Source: Azonexus sp. (GTDB taxonomy: Bacteria > Pseudomonadota > Gammaproteobacteria > Burkholderiales > Rhodocyclaceae). Taken from it: 64,000 nt of DNA. Numbering within the stretch: position 1 is the stretch's first letter; the number at the start of each line of letters is the position of its first letter. Below are positions 50,498-60,580 of this stretch, piece by piece. Under the pieces are notes generated by a model that worked only from the letters and a program-made list of their open reading frames with translations, ran no database searches and had not been told where the DNA came from. The position numbers and the translations under genes were made by a program. Location: contig JAYRMB010000003.1 of the NCBI GenBank assembly GCA_041904995.1, positions 86,447 through 150,446 of the forward strand. Reading direction: 5' to 3'.

Positions 50498-51283
50498 TTA
50501 TTCCCCCATCCAGCTGGGCTGTCGTTTGTCGAGGAAAGCGCCAATGCCTTCGCGGGCTTCCGGTGTCGCGCGCAGGTGGGCGATGCGGTGAGCGGTCTCT
50601 TCCACCAGGGTGTCGTTGACCTGCTGGCCGTCCACTGCGCGGATCAGGTCCTTGGCGGCGGCTTGGGCGCAGGGGCCGCCTTGTAGCAGGGCGGTGACGA
50701 TTTCCTGAACCTTGGCGTCGAGTTGTTCGGGTTCGACCGTTTCATGTACCAGCCCGATTTCGCGGGCGCGGGCGGCGTCGATGCGCTCGGCGCTCTGGAA
50801 ATAGCGGGTGGCCTGACGCGCGCCGATGGCGCGCAGCACGTAGGGCGAGATAGCCGAGGGAATGATGCCGAACTTGACCTCGGAGGTTGCGAACACTGCC
50901 TTGGTCGAGGCGACGGCGACGTCGCAGGCCGAAGCTAGGCCCATGCCGCCGCCGAGGGCGGCACCTTGCACGCGGGCGATGGTCGGTTTCTTCATTTCGG
51001 CCAGGGTGCGCAGCATGCGGGCCAGGGCGCGGGCATCGTTGAGGTTGTCGTCGATGCCGTTGTTGGCGGCGCGCTTCATCCAGTTGAGGTCGGCGCCAGC
51101 GGAGAAGCTCTTGCCGCGTCCGGCAAGGACAACGACGCGCACATCCGGGTCGTCGTCGAGCGCGACGCAGGCAGCGGTCAGTTCGGCGATCAGTGTTTCG
51201 TCGAAGGCATTGTGCAGGTCCGGGCGGTTCATCCAGATCGTCGCGACCGGGCCGTTCAGTTCAATTTCGAGGGCGGTAAACAT
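50498..51283 (-). CDS. liuC: Methylglutaconyl-CoA hydratase (crotonase)
   Basis: FSAGADL, ALGGGMGL, SEVKFGIIP; operon context. Confidence 0.88.
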   Translation of the reverse strand: MFTALEIELNGPVATIWMNRPDLHNAFDETLIAELTAACVALDDDPDVRVVVLAGRGKSFSAGADLNWMKRAANNGIDDNLNDARALARMLRTLAEMKKPTIARVQGAALGGGMGLASACDVAVASTKAVFATSEVKFGIIPSAISPYVLRAIGARQATRYFQSAERIDAARAREIGLVHETVEPEQLDAKVQEIVTALLQGGPCAQAAAKDLIRAVDGQQVNDTLVEETAHRIAHLRATPEAREGIGAFLDKRQPSWMGE

Positions 51284-51293
51284 GGTCTGCTCC

Positions 51294-52901
51294 TTACATC
51301 CGGAAGACGCCGAATTTGGTTTCTTCGGCCGGGGCGTTCATCGCGGCCGACAGGCCGAGGCCGAGTACCCTCCGGGTATCAGCCGGGTCGATGATGCCGT
51401 CGTCCCAGAGGCGGGCCGAGGCGTAGTAGGGGTGGCCCTGGTTTTCGTACTGCTCGCGGATTGGCGCCTTGAAGGCGGCCTCTTCCTCGGCCGACCAGGT
51501 CTTGCCGGCGGCTTCGATGCCATCGCGCTTGACCGTGGCCAGCACGCCGGCGGCCTGCTCGCCGCCCATCACCGAGATACGCGAGTTCGGCCACATCCAC
51601 AGGAAGCGGGGCGAATAGGCGCGGCCGCACATGCCGTAGTTACCGGCGCCGAAGCTGCCACCGATGACGACGGTGAATTTCGGCACCTTGGCGGTAGCCA
51701 CGGCGGTGACCATCTTGGCCCCATCGCGGGCGATGCCGCCGTTTTCGTATTTCTTGCCGACCATGAAGCCGGTGATGTTCTGCAGGAAAACGAGCGGGAT
51801 GCCGCGCTGGGCGCAGAGTTCGATGAAATGGGCGCCTTTCTGGGCGGACTCCGAGAACAAGATACCGTTATTGGCGACGATGCCCACCGGATAGCCGTAG
51901 ATACGGGCGAAGCCGCAGACCAGCGTGTTGCCGTAGCGAGCCTTGAATTCGTCGAAATCGGAACCATCGACCAGGCGGGCGATGATTTCGCGCACGTCGA
52001 AGGGCTTCTTCGAGTCGGTCGGGATCACGCCGTAGAGTTCTTCGGCGGCGTAGAGCGGCTCGGCCGGCGCGGCGAGGCTGACCGGCGGCTGCTTCTGCCA
52101 GTTCAGGTCCTTGACGATGCGGCGGGCGATGGCCAGCGCGTGCGCGTCGTTCTCGGCCAGATGGTCGGCGACGCCGGAAATGCGGGTATGCACGTCGGCC
52201 CCGCCGAGGTCTTCGGCCGAAACGACTTCACCGGTCGCCGCCTTCACCAGCGGCGGGCCGCCAAGGAAGATGGTGCCCTGGTTCTTGACGATGATCGACT
52301 CGTCGCACATGGCCGGTACATAGGCGCCGCCCGCCGTGCACGAGCCCATCACCGCCGCAATCTGCGGGATGCCCCTGGCCGACAGGTTGGCCTGGTTGAA
52401 GAAAATGCGGCCGAAATGTTCCTTGTCCGGGAAAACCTCGTCCTGCATGGGCAGGAAGGCACCGCCGGAATCGACCAGATAGACGCAGGGCAGGCGGTTT
52501 TCCAGGGCGATTTCCTGGGCGCGCAGGTGCTTCTTGACGGTCAGCGGGTAGTAGGTGCCGCCTTTGACCGTCGCATCGTTGGCCACCACCATGCATTCGA
52601 CACCATGGACGCGGCCGATGCCGGCGATCACCGAGGCGGCCGGCACGTCGCCGCCATACATGCCGTAGGCGGCGAACTGGCCGATTTCGAGGAAGGGCGT
52701 GCCGGGGTCGAGCAGGCCGTTGACCCGCTCGCGCGGCAGCAACTTGCCGCGGGCCAGGTGTTTCTGGCGCGCCGCTTCCGGGCCGCCGAGGGCGATCTTG
52801 TCGACCTTCTCGTGCAGGTCGTCGACCAGCGTGCGCATGGCCGATGCGTTGGCCTGGAAGTCCGCGCCGCGCGGGTTGAGTTGGGATTTCAGGATGGTCA
52901 T
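51294..52901 (-). CDS. liuB: 3-methylcrotonyl-CoA carboxylase beta subunit
   Basis: [33 protein letters not shown]. Confidence 0.94.
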   Translation of the reverse strand: MTILKSQLNPRGADFQANASAMRTLVDDLHEKVDKIALGGPEAARQKHLARGKLLPRERVNGLLDPGTPFLEIGQFAAYGMYGGDVPAASVIAGIGRVHGVECMVVANDATVKGGTYYPLTVKKHLRAQEIALENRLPCVYLVDSGGAFLPMQDEVFPDKEHFGRIFFNQANLSARGIPQIAAVMGSCTAGGAYVPAMCDESIIVKNQGTIFLGGPPLVKAATGEVVSAEDLGGADVHTRISGVADHLAENDAHALAIARRIVKDLNWQKQPPVSLAAPAEPLYAAEELYGVIPTDSKKPFDVREIIARLVDGSDFDEFKARYGNTLVCGFARIYGYPVGIVANNGILFSESAQKGAHFIELCAQRGIPLVFLQNITGFMVGKKYENGGIARDGAKMVTAVATAKVPKFTVVIGGSFGAGNYGMCGRAYSPRFLWMWPNSRISVMGGEQAAGVLATVKRDGIEAAGKTWSAEEEAAFKAPIREQYENQGHPYYASARLWDDGIIDPADTRRVLGLGLSAAMNAPAEETKFGVFRM

Positions 52902-52957
52902 GTCTCCTCGCTTCTTTTCTGTGTGCGTTGCCTGAAAAATCGGGTGAATAAATACCG

Positions 52958-53557
52958 CTACAACTGTTTTTCCTCTTTCAGCCACTTGCTGACCGGCTCG
53001 GCCCGATAGGCCTCCATCTGCGCCAGCAGGCTTTCGATTTCGGTGTCGGCCAGGGCCATTGCCCGGTTCTGCGCGCGCAGGAAGCCGTCCGCCACGGCGC
53101 GGTCGAACATGGCCAGCAGCGGGTCGTAGAAACCATTGACGTTGAGCAGGCCCATCGGCTTCTGGTGAAAGCCGAGTTGCCCCCAGGTCAGGATTTCGCA
53201 GAACTCCTCGAAGGTGCCGAAGCCGCCGGGCAGGGCAATAAAGCCGTCGGACAGCTCGGCCATGCGCGCCTTGCGCGTGTGCATCGAATCGACCACCTCG
53301 ATGCGGGTCAGCGCCCGGTGATCGACGGCGCGGCCGGCCACTTCCTTGCCCATCAGCGCTTCCGGGATGACGCCGATGACGGTGCCGCCGGCTTCCAGGC
53401 AGGCATCGGCCACCGCGCCCATCAGCCCGATGTTGCCGGCGCCGTAGACCAGTTCGATGCCGCGTTCGGCGAGCAGGCGGCCGACTCGCTCGGCCGCTTC
53501 CCGGTAGATCGGATTGGTTCCGGCATTCGAGCCGCAGAAGACGCAGATTCGTTTCAT
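52958..53557 (-). CDS. LOG family nucleotide phosphoribohydrolase
   Basis: [24 protein letters not shown]. Confidence 0.92.
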   Translation of the reverse strand: MKRICVFCGSNAGTNPIYREAAERVGRLLAERGIELVYGAGNIGLMGAVADACLEAGGTVIGVIPEALMGKEVAGRAVDHRALTRIEVVDSMHTRKARMAELSDGFIALPGGFGTFEEFCEILTWGQLGFHQKPMGLLNVNGFYDPLLAMFDRAVADGFLRAQNRAMALADTEIESLLAQMEAYRAEPVSKWLKEEKQL

Positions 53558-53576
53558 GGTGTGTTGGAACAATCGC

Positions 53577-54188
53577 TCAAAAGCCGCCGGTTTCCAGCCA
53601 GCGCTCGATTTGCGGCAGGCGGTCGGCGCCGAAGAAGGGCTGGCCGTCGATAACTACATAGGGGGCGCCGAAGACGCCGAGGCTTAACGCGGTATCGACT
53701 TCCTGCTTCAGGCGGTCCTTCATTTCCTGGCTTTGCAGGCCGGTTTCGAGTTCGGCGCGGTCAACGCCGAGGCCGGCGGCCAGTTCGAGCACGGTTTCCG
53801 GGGCCGACACGTCGCGGTTATCGACGAACAACGCGCGGAAGACGGCGCGGGCAAAGCGGCGGGCCAGTGCGCAGTCGCGGCCGTGCAGCCAGTAGTAGGC
53901 GCGGGCGGCGCTCTGCGTGGCGAGCGGGAACTTGTCCGGGTGGCGGTAAGGCAGGCCCATGAAGCGGGCCGAGCGGGCGAAGTCGAGGGTCGAGTATTCG
54001 GCCTTGGGCGGGAATTGCAGGGTCAGCGGCGCGCTGCCGGTGGCCTTGAAGACGATGCCGAGCAGGATCGGATGCCAGCGCACCTTGCGTCCGTGACGGG
54101 CGGCGAGTTCGTCGATCTTCTCGCTCAGCAGGTAGCTGTACGGGCTGGAAAAATCGAACCAGAAGTCGATGGGTGCGGCGTCGGTCAT
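53577..54188 (-). CDS. 2-hydroxychromene-2-carboxylate isomerase / DsbA-like protein
   Basis: FWFDFSSPYSYL, GVFGAP, FFGADRL. Confidence 0.9.
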   Translation of the reverse strand: MTDAAPIDFWFDFSSPYSYLLSEKIDELAARHGRKVRWHPILLGIVFKATGSAPLTLQFPPKAEYSTLDFARSARFMGLPYRHPDKFPLATQSAARAYYWLHGRDCALARRFARAVFRALFVDNRDVSAPETVLELAAGLGVDRAELETGLQSQEMKDRLKQEVDTALSLGVFGAPYVVIDGQPFFGADRLPQIERWLETGGF

Positions 54189-54320
54189 GGTTTGTCTCCT
54201 CGTTATCGTCTGCGGGGCCGGTCGGTTTTTTGCCTTTTTTGCCGGTGCACCGCAGCAGTCGTCATTCGTTGGCGTTGGCGGGCTGCGCAGCGCGGATGGT
54301 CATGAATTTTTGGCTCAGGA

Positions 54321-55232
54321 TCATTTCCGCATCTCCACAGAAGGTTTTTGCAGCGTGGTCAGCCACACGCCGGCGATGACCAGCAGGCCGCCAAAGAGCA
54401 CCGGCAGGCCAAGGCGTTCGTCGAGCAGGACGGCGGCCTGCAGCACGGCGAAGACCGGCACCAAGTTGATGAATACGGAGGCGTGCCCGGCGCCGAGCTT
54501 GTGTACCGCGTCGGTGAACCAGGTGTAGGCGATGGCCGTGCCGAACAGGGCGAGGAAGAGCATGCTGGCCCAGACGCGCCACGACCAGGCGGTCGGGTCG
54601 ATGCCGCCCTGAATGAAGGCGGCGATGCCGAGCAGCAGCGCGCCGGCCAGGCTGGCGTGCAGGGTCGTGGCCAGCGGCGAGAGCAGTTGCGTCGCCCGCC
54701 GGCCGATGAAGGTGTAGGCCGTCCACGTAATCACGCAGCCGACGATCAGCCATTCGCCGAGGCCGACAGTGCCGTGCAGCAGGGCGAAAGGGTCGCCGTT
54801 GCCGATCACGGTCAGGCAGCCGGCCAGCGCAATGGTGCTGCCGATGGCCTTGCGCGGATTCATCCGTTCCTGGCCGAGCAGCCAGGCGGCGATGACGATC
54901 ACCACCGGGTTGAGCGCGACGACCAGCGCGCCGCGCCCGGCCGGGATGCGTTGCAGGCCGAAGAAGAAACACAGGCCATAGAGAAAGATGCCGAAGAAGC
55001 CCAAGCCCCAGATCGCCGCCCAGGCGCGGCCGGAAGGCGGCATCGGGATGGCGCCCTCGGTGAGGAGCGCGACCATGGCCAGCGCCAGTCCGGCGACGAC
55101 AAAGCGAATCGAGGCGATGGCCAGCGGCGCGCTGAGCTCCTGCGCGATGATGCGCCCGGCGATCCAGGTGCCTCCCCACATGGCCATGGCTGCGACGAGT
55201 TTGCCGTAAGTGAGCGAACGGGCTTCGGACAA
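54321..55232 (-). CDS. EamA/DMT transporter
   Basis: Ten TM segments in two EamA repeats (WGGTW; INLVPV). Confidence 0.92.
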   Translation of the reverse strand: MSEARSLTYGKLVAAMAMWGGTWIAGRIIAQELSAPLAIASIRFVVAGLALAMVALLTEGAIPMPPSGRAWAAIWGLGFFGIFLYGLCFFFGLQRIPAGRGALVVALNPVVIVIAAWLLGQERMNPRKAIGSTIALAGCLTVIGNGDPFALLHGTVGLGEWLIVGCVITWTAYTFIGRRATQLLSPLATTLHASLAGALLLGIAAFIQGGIDPTAWSWRVWASMLFLALFGTAIAYTWFTDAVHKLGAGHASVFINLVPVFAVLQAAVLLDERLGLPVLFGGLLVIAGVWLTTLQKPSVEMRK

Positions 55233-55400
55233 TTACGGCCGTTCCGCAGCGAGGAGGGCGGCTGCGCAGTGAGCGATGGGGGCGGAGACCGTCAGCAAGG
55301 AGAACCCGTTTGGGAGCGACCCGGCAGCAGTGCCGGTGGCGGAAACGATAAGGGTCGGGGCGGACATGAGGGTTCTCCTGTTCGGTTACTGGTCAGGCAT

Positions 55401-56558
55401 TCAGCAATCCCGACACTCCAGCGCCTTGAGGGCGGCGTCGTAGCGGGTGGTCAAGTCTTCCGGGCAGTCCACGGTGATGCCGAGGTCGTGCACCAGGCCA
55501 TCCTTGAGGCCGTAGACCCAGCCGTGGATGGTCAGCTTCTGGCCGCGTTTCCAGGCGTCCTTGACGACCGGGGTATGGCACAGGTTGGTCACCTGTTCGA
55601 GCACATTCAGCTCGCACAGGCGGTCATGGCGTTCGGATTCGGGCAGGTTGTCGACCATGGCCGCATGCTTGGTGTGCACTTCCTGCACGTTGTGCAGCCA
55701 GAAATCGACGATGCCGACCCGTGTCTTGTGCAGCGCGGCCTGCACACCGCCGCAGCCGTAGTGGCCGACGACCATGATGTGCTTCACCTTGAGCACATCG
55801 ACGGCGTACTGGATGACCGACAAGCAGTTCATGTCGGTGTGCAGTACGAGGTTGGCGACGTTGCGATGGACGAAGACCTCGCCCGGCAGCAGGCCGACGA
55901 TCTGGTTGGCCGGCACGCGTGAGTCGGAGCAGCCGATCCACAGGAATTCCGGCGTTTGCAGCTTGGCCAGGCGGTCGAAGTAGGTCGGGTCGACCTCCTG
56001 CATCTGGCGCGCCCAGGCGCGGTTGAAGTCGAAGAGGTGCGACAGGTTTTCGTTGCGCACTTCCTCTTCCGACCAGTTGTCGAGGTCGAGCGCCATGAAC
56101 ATGGTGCCTTCGACCGGCGTCTGGTAGTAGTTCGGCGCCTCGGTGAAGCCCAGTTCGCGGTAGAGCTTCACCGCCATGCGCATGTTGGGCAGCGTGTCGA
56201 GCATCAGCTTGCGGTAGCCGATTTCCTTGGCGGCCTTGATTGCCGCCAGGGCCAGGGTGGCACCGACACCGTGGCCACGTTCTTCCGGCGTCACATAGAG
56301 ACGTTTCATTTCACAGACGCCGTCGCTGTCCGGCAGGGGGCGCACGCCGACGCAGCCGGCCGGGCGCCCATCAACCTCGGCGAAGAACAGCCGGCCTTGA
56401 GGCGTCGCGTAGGCGCCGGGCAGGGAGGCCATTTCCTGGTCGAAGTTCTGGTACGACAGGTCGACGCCGAGCCAGCCCGCGTAATTGCGGAAGTACTGGC
56501 GGACCTGCTCCAGGGCTTCGGTGTCGGCGGAGGTGAGGGTGCGTAGCGTGACGTTCAT
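55401..56558 (-). CDS. GNAT acetyltransferase fused to beta-carbonic anhydrase
   Basis: N-term CEMKRLYV..RGHGVG; C-term WIGCSDSR, FVHRNVAN, GHYGCGGV; one uninterrupted frame. Confidence 0.9.
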   Translation of the reverse strand: MNVTLRTLTSADTEALEQVRQYFRNYAGWLGVDLSYQNFDQEMASLPGAYATPQGRLFFAEVDGRPAGCVGVRPLPDSDGVCEMKRLYVTPEERGHGVGATLALAAIKAAKEIGYRKLMLDTLPNMRMAVKLYRELGFTEAPNYYQTPVEGTMFMALDLDNWSEEEVRNENLSHLFDFNRAWARQMQEVDPTYFDRLAKLQTPEFLWIGCSDSRVPANQIVGLLPGEVFVHRNVANLVLHTDMNCLSVIQYAVDVLKVKHIMVVGHYGCGGVQAALHKTRVGIVDFWLHNVQEVHTKHAAMVDNLPESERHDRLCELNVLEQVTNLCHTPVVKDAWKRGQKLTIHGWVYGLKDGLVHDLGITVDCPEDLTTRYDAALKALECRDC

Positions 56559-56673
56559 GCTGTGAAACTCCTTGGCGGTACTCCTGTCCGGAGTACCGGC
56601 AGGAGCGTTCTATTCGGGAGCCGTATCGAGAAGACGGCAGACCGTCATTTTACCCATGCTGCGGCGCATCATC

Positions 56674-57846
56674 TCAGCGCGTCTCCGCCATCAGTTCGCG
56701 ACCGATCAGCATGCGGCGGATTTCGCTGGTGCCGGCGCCGATCTCGTACAGCTTGGCATCGCGCCACAGGCGGCCGGTCGGGTATTCGTTGGTATAGCCA
56801 ACGCCGCCCAGCGTCTGGATTGCCTCGCCGGCCATCCAGGTCGCCTTCTCGGCGGAGTAGAGGATGGCGCCAGCGGCGTCCTTGCGCAGGGTGCGCGCAT
56901 GGTCGGCGCTATCGCAGGCGCGGCCGACGGCATAGACGTAGGCGCGGGTGGCCTGCCAGGTTGAATACATGTCGGCGACCTTGCCCTGCATCAGTTGGAA
57001 GTCGCCGATCGCCTGGCCAAACTGCTTGCGCTCGTGCAGATAGGGCACGACCACGTCCATGCACGCCGCCATGATGCCGAGCGGGCCGCCGCAGAGCACG
57101 GCGCGTTCGTAATCGAGGCCGGACATCAGTACCTTGGTGCCGTTGCCGACGCCGCCCAGCACGTTTTCTTCCGGAATTTCGCAGTCGTCGAAGAACAGCG
57201 GGAAGGTGTTGGAGCCGCGCATGCCCAGCTTGTCGAGGTGGGTGCCGTGCGTGAAGCCCTTGAAGCCCTTTTCGACGATGAAGGCGGTCATGCCCTTGGC
57301 GCCGGCTTCCATGTCGGTCTTGGCATAGACGACCAGCGTATCGGCATCGCCGCCGTTGGTGATCCACATCTTCGAACCGTTCAGCACGTAGCGGTCGCCC
57401 TTCTTGTCGGCGCGCAGCTTCATCGAGACGACGTCGGAACCGGCGTTCGGCTCGGACATGGCCAGCGCCCCGACGTGTTCGCCGGAAATCAGCTTGGGCA
57501 GGTACTTCTGCTTCTGTGCCTCGGTGCCGTTGCGGCGGATCTGGTTTACGCACAAATTCGAGTGTGCACCGTAGGACAGGCCGACCGAGGCCGAGGCGCG
57601 CGAGATTTCCTCCAGCGCGACGATGTGGGCGAGGTAGCCCATGTTGGTGCCGCCGTATTCCTCGCCGGCGGTCATGCCGAGCAGGCCCATGTCGCCGAAT
57701 TTCTTCCACAGGTCGGCCGGGAATTCATTGACGCGGTCGATCTCGGCGGCGCGCGGGGCGATTTCGGCGTCGGCAAAAGCCTTCACCGCGTCGCGCAGCA
57801 TGTTGATGTCTTCGCCGAGGCCAAAGTCGAGGCTGGGAATGTTCAT
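56674..57846 (-). CDS. liuA: Isovaleryl-CoA dehydrogenase
   Basis: [40 protein letters not shown]. Confidence 0.95.
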   Translation of the reverse strand: MNIPSLDFGLGEDINMLRDAVKAFADAEIAPRAAEIDRVNEFPADLWKKFGDMGLLGMTAGEEYGGTNMGYLAHIVALEEISRASASVGLSYGAHSNLCVNQIRRNGTEAQKQKYLPKLISGEHVGALAMSEPNAGSDVVSMKLRADKKGDRYVLNGSKMWITNGGDADTLVVYAKTDMEAGAKGMTAFIVEKGFKGFTHGTHLDKLGMRGSNTFPLFFDDCEIPEENVLGGVGNGTKVLMSGLDYERAVLCGGPLGIMAACMDVVVPYLHERKQFGQAIGDFQLMQGKVADMYSTWQATRAYVYAVGRACDSADHARTLRKDAAGAILYSAEKATWMAGEAIQTLGGVGYTNEYPTGRLWRDAKLYEIGAGTSEIRRMLIGRELMAETR

Positions 57847-57901
57847 GGGTTTGTCTCCGTGTTTTTAATTGAGGGTTCTCTGTTCGGGTCGGGGTACGCC
57901 C

Positions 57902-58345
57902 TTATTTTTCTTCCTTGCCGTGCATCACCATGATCGTCTGCTGCATCAGGGCGCACAGCGTTTCCTTGCCGTTCTTGACGGCGAAGACTTCGCCTTGGGT
58001 AACGATCAAGGTACGGCCTGGCCGGACCACCTTGCCGCGGGCGATTAACATCTCGCCATCGGCCGGGGCAACCAGGTTCATCTTGTATTCGACGGTCAGC
58101 ACCGAGGCGCTGGCCGGCACCATGGTCATCGCCGCATAGCCGGCTGCCGAATCGGCAATCATGCCGACCACGCCGCCATGCACGAAGCCGTGCTGCTGCT
58201 CGACACCAGACCAATGCGGCAGATGGATTTCGGTCCGGCCATGCTCGACGACGGGCAGCGTGGCGCGAATCAAATCCATGGCCTGCTGCTTGGCGAAGCT
58301 GGCACGGACGCGTTCGGCGAAGTGGGGGTCGGAAATGCGATTCAT
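57902..58345 (-). CDS. PaaI-family hotdog thioesterase
   Basis: QQHGFVHGG..ADSAAGYA, TVEYKMN. Confidence 0.9.
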   Translation of the reverse strand: MNRISDPHFAERVRASFAKQQAMDLIRATLPVVEHGRTEIHLPHWSGVEQQHGFVHGGVVGMIADSAAGYAAMTMVPASASVLTVEYKMNLVAPADGEMLIARGKVVRPGRTLIVTQGEVFAVKNGKETLCALMQQTIMVMHGKEEK

Positions 58346-58359
58346 GAAACGTGATTGTA

Positions 58360-58381
58360 TTGACGTTTACGTTAACGTCAA
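58360..58381. promoter_or_regulatory. Probable LiuR operator
   Basis: TTGACGTT-TACGTT-AACGTCAA dyad just upstream of the paaI-liuA operon, with a MerR-type liuR nearby. Confidence 0.75.
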
Positions 58382-58497
58382 CATGTGGCAGCCGAGAGTT
58401 TTCTGGCATCGCTTGTCAATTTATGGTCAGGCTTCTGGAATAGACTGCGCTGGCGGTGTCCTGCCGCACTTCTTCAACGCCTTAGGGGAGAAATAAA

Positions 58498-58524
58498 ATG
58501 GCCAAGCGCAAGAAAAAGAAGTAA
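58498..58524 (+). CDS. Candidate micro-ORF MAKRKKKK
   Basis: RBS GGGGAG, ATG, seven codons, TAA, then a terminator; translation unproven. Confidence 0.4.
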   Translation: MAKRKKKK

Positions 58525-58545
58525 TCATCAACCCAACCGAATACG

Positions 58546-58573
58546 AAAAAAGCAGGCGTGAGTCTGCTTTTTT
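58546..58573 (+). terminator. Intrinsic terminator between the micro-ORF and the ABC gene
   Basis: AGCAGGC-GTGA-GTCTGCT stem-loop with A-run before and T-run after. Confidence 0.75.
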
Positions 58574-58588
58574 ATTTTGTTCTTCCTC

Positions 58589-60073
58589 ATGAGCCAAGCA
58601 GCCTTTACGCGTAGGGATTTCCTGCGCTTCCTCGTCGGTGCCGCCTTCCTGGCCATGCTCGGCCTCGTCGTGCTGCAGGAGTTGTTCGCTGCTGCCACGA
58701 CCTGGCTGGTCATCCACTTGGCCCGCGACATTACCGGCGGACAAGTCGCGGCGAGCGATTTTGTCTGGATCGTCGTCACTCAGACCCTGTCCTACGTCGC
58801 CGGTGCGGTGAGCTGGATCTACGCCGAGCGGGCCGGCTTTGCCGCCTTCGGCAAATACCTGCTGAACTTCGCTCGCCTCAATCGTTTTGAAACGGGCTTG
58901 CTGGCCGACAGCGAAGCCCGCGAGCGGACCGAGCCTTTCCTGACCAATGAGACGTTCCGGGTCTGCTTCGATCTGATGTACGACCTGCAGTTCTATTCGC
59001 GGCTGTTCTTCAATCTGGTGTTCAACGCCCTCGTGTTCGGGCTGGAAATCGATGCCGGTCTGCCGCTGGCCTACGCATTCGCCTTCGCGTTGCTGGTCGG
59101 TCTGCAGTGGGGCTTGCGCAAGCCGCTGGCGGCCGCCTACATGCACAACCAGCGCATGACCAACCGGATGATGGCGCGGATCTACAACGCCTGGGACAAC
59201 ATTTTCGCCGGCAATCGCTACAACTTCGGCCTGTGGCATGCCGATTTCCGCCAGCGCCTGGGCACGGCGCTGACTGCCCAGGTACGGGCCATCATGGCGC
59301 GCGAAGGCTGGAGCGCCTTGAGCGGCATCATCGCCCTGGTCATCGTACTCGCTGCTACCGCCTGGGTCGCGGTACAGGGTGCGGGCGATACCGCCTTGCT
59401 GATCGCCCTGGCCGCGACGATGCCCCGCCAGATCGAAATGACCCTCGACATGCATCAACTGACGGCCGGCATGACTGACCTGTTAGCCATCTGGACGAGG
59501 ATCAAGGGCGTTTGCGAGCACATGCGGCCCGAGCCAAGCGGGCAGCCGGAGGAACGGGTCGGCTTCGGTCGCCTGAGTCTGCGCAGCGAGGCGGTGGCCG
59601 TCGTCTGTGCCTCATTGGCCGATGCCGTGCAGGCCGTGTTGGCGCAATCGACAGGCATCGTCGCCGTGCGCGGCGACAACGGCGCAGGGAAATCCAGTTT
59701 GCTGACGGCGCTCAAATGCCAGTTCCGCGGACAGGCGTACTACCTGCCGGCTCATGACCGAATGAACTACCGTTTCAATACCGATCTCGGGCCAACTGAG
59801 CAGGACGACGTCGAGGATCCGGACGAAGAGGCGGAAGAGCCCGAGGAAATCAGCGCCGAAGAAGCGGCACGGGAGAAATCCGGTTACTCGTCAGGCGAGC
59901 GCCAGTTGGCGATTTTGGCCGAAATTGCCCGGTGCACCGCAGCACCGATCTATTTGCTCGACGAATGGGATGCCAACCTCGATCCGGCCAACCGACTGCG
60001 GGCCATGGCACTGGTCGAGCAGATCGCCGAGCGGGCACGGGTGGTGGAAATCTCCCACCGGGACCAGAATTAA
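58589..60073 (+). CDS. ABC exporter-like TMD-NBD fusion with a reduced NBD
   Basis: About 6 TM segments; GDNGAGKS, YSSGERQ, IYLLDEWDANLD, EISH; acidic insert between Walker A and the signature. Confidence 0.75.
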   Translation: MSQAAFTRRDFLRFLVGAAFLAMLGLVVLQELFAAATTWLVIHLARDITGGQVAASDFVWIVVTQTLSYVAGAVSWIYAERAGFAAFGKYLLNFARLNRFETGLLADSEARERTEPFLTNETFRVCFDLMYDLQFYSRLFFNLVFNALVFGLEIDAGLPLAYAFAFALLVGLQWGLRKPLAAAYMHNQRMTNRMMARIYNAWDNIFAGNRYNFGLWHADFRQRLGTALTAQVRAIMAREGWSALSGIIALVIVLAATAWVAVQGAGDTALLIALAATMPRQIEMTLDMHQLTAGMTDLLAIWTRIKGVCEHMRPEPSGQPEERVGFGRLSLRSEAVAVVCASLADAVQAVLAQSTGIVAVRGDNGAGKSSLLTALKCQFRGQAYYLPAHDRMNYRFNTDLGPTEQDDVEDPDEEAEEPEEISAEEAAREKSGYSSGERQLAILAEIARCTAAPIYLLDEWDANLDPANRLRAMALVEQIAERARVVEISHRDQN

Positions 60074-60087
60074 CGTTGGAGAAAGAC

Positions 60088-60480
60088 TCAGGCGGCGCCG
60101 CGGCGGGCCAGTTCCTGCTGGCAGAGCGCCTGGAATTGCGCGATTTCAGCCAGCATGGTCTCGATATCCTCGCGCTGCTGCTGCAGGGCGGTGCGCCGTT
60201 TTTCCATGACGCGCAGACATTCGAGCAACTGCGGCGTTTCGTCCTCGGTCGAGCTGTACATGCCGATCAGGTCCTTGATCTCGGCCAGGCTCAAACCGAG
60301 CCGCTTGCCGCGCAGGGCCATCTTCAGCCGGGCGCGGTCGCGCCGGGTGAATATCCGCTTGGTCCCCTCGCGCTGCGGCGCCACGATGCCCTGGTCTTCC
60401 CAGAAGCGGATGGTGCGCGGGGTGATGCCGAATTCGCGGGCGAGATCGGATATGGCGAAGGTGGCAGCCGTCTGGCTCAA
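60088..60480 (-). CDS. liuR: MerR-family regulator LiuR
   Basis: FAISDLAREFGITPRTIRFWED.G, LRGKRLGLSLAEI; next to the liu genes and operator. Confidence 0.85.
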   Translation of the reverse strand: MSQTAATFAISDLAREFGITPRTIRFWEDQGIVAPQREGTKRIFTRRDRARLKMALRGKRLGLSLAEIKDLIGMYSSTEDETPQLLECLRVMEKRRTALQQQREDIETMLAEIAQFQALCQQELARRGAA

Positions 60481-60580
60481 TGTCGTCTCCTCAAAGTGCG
60501 GCGAAGTTAAGCAGATGCGGGGGGTTTTTTCAATCCGTCGCCGTATGGTAAGTTGCAAACTTAGAAAAGTGATAATCAAC

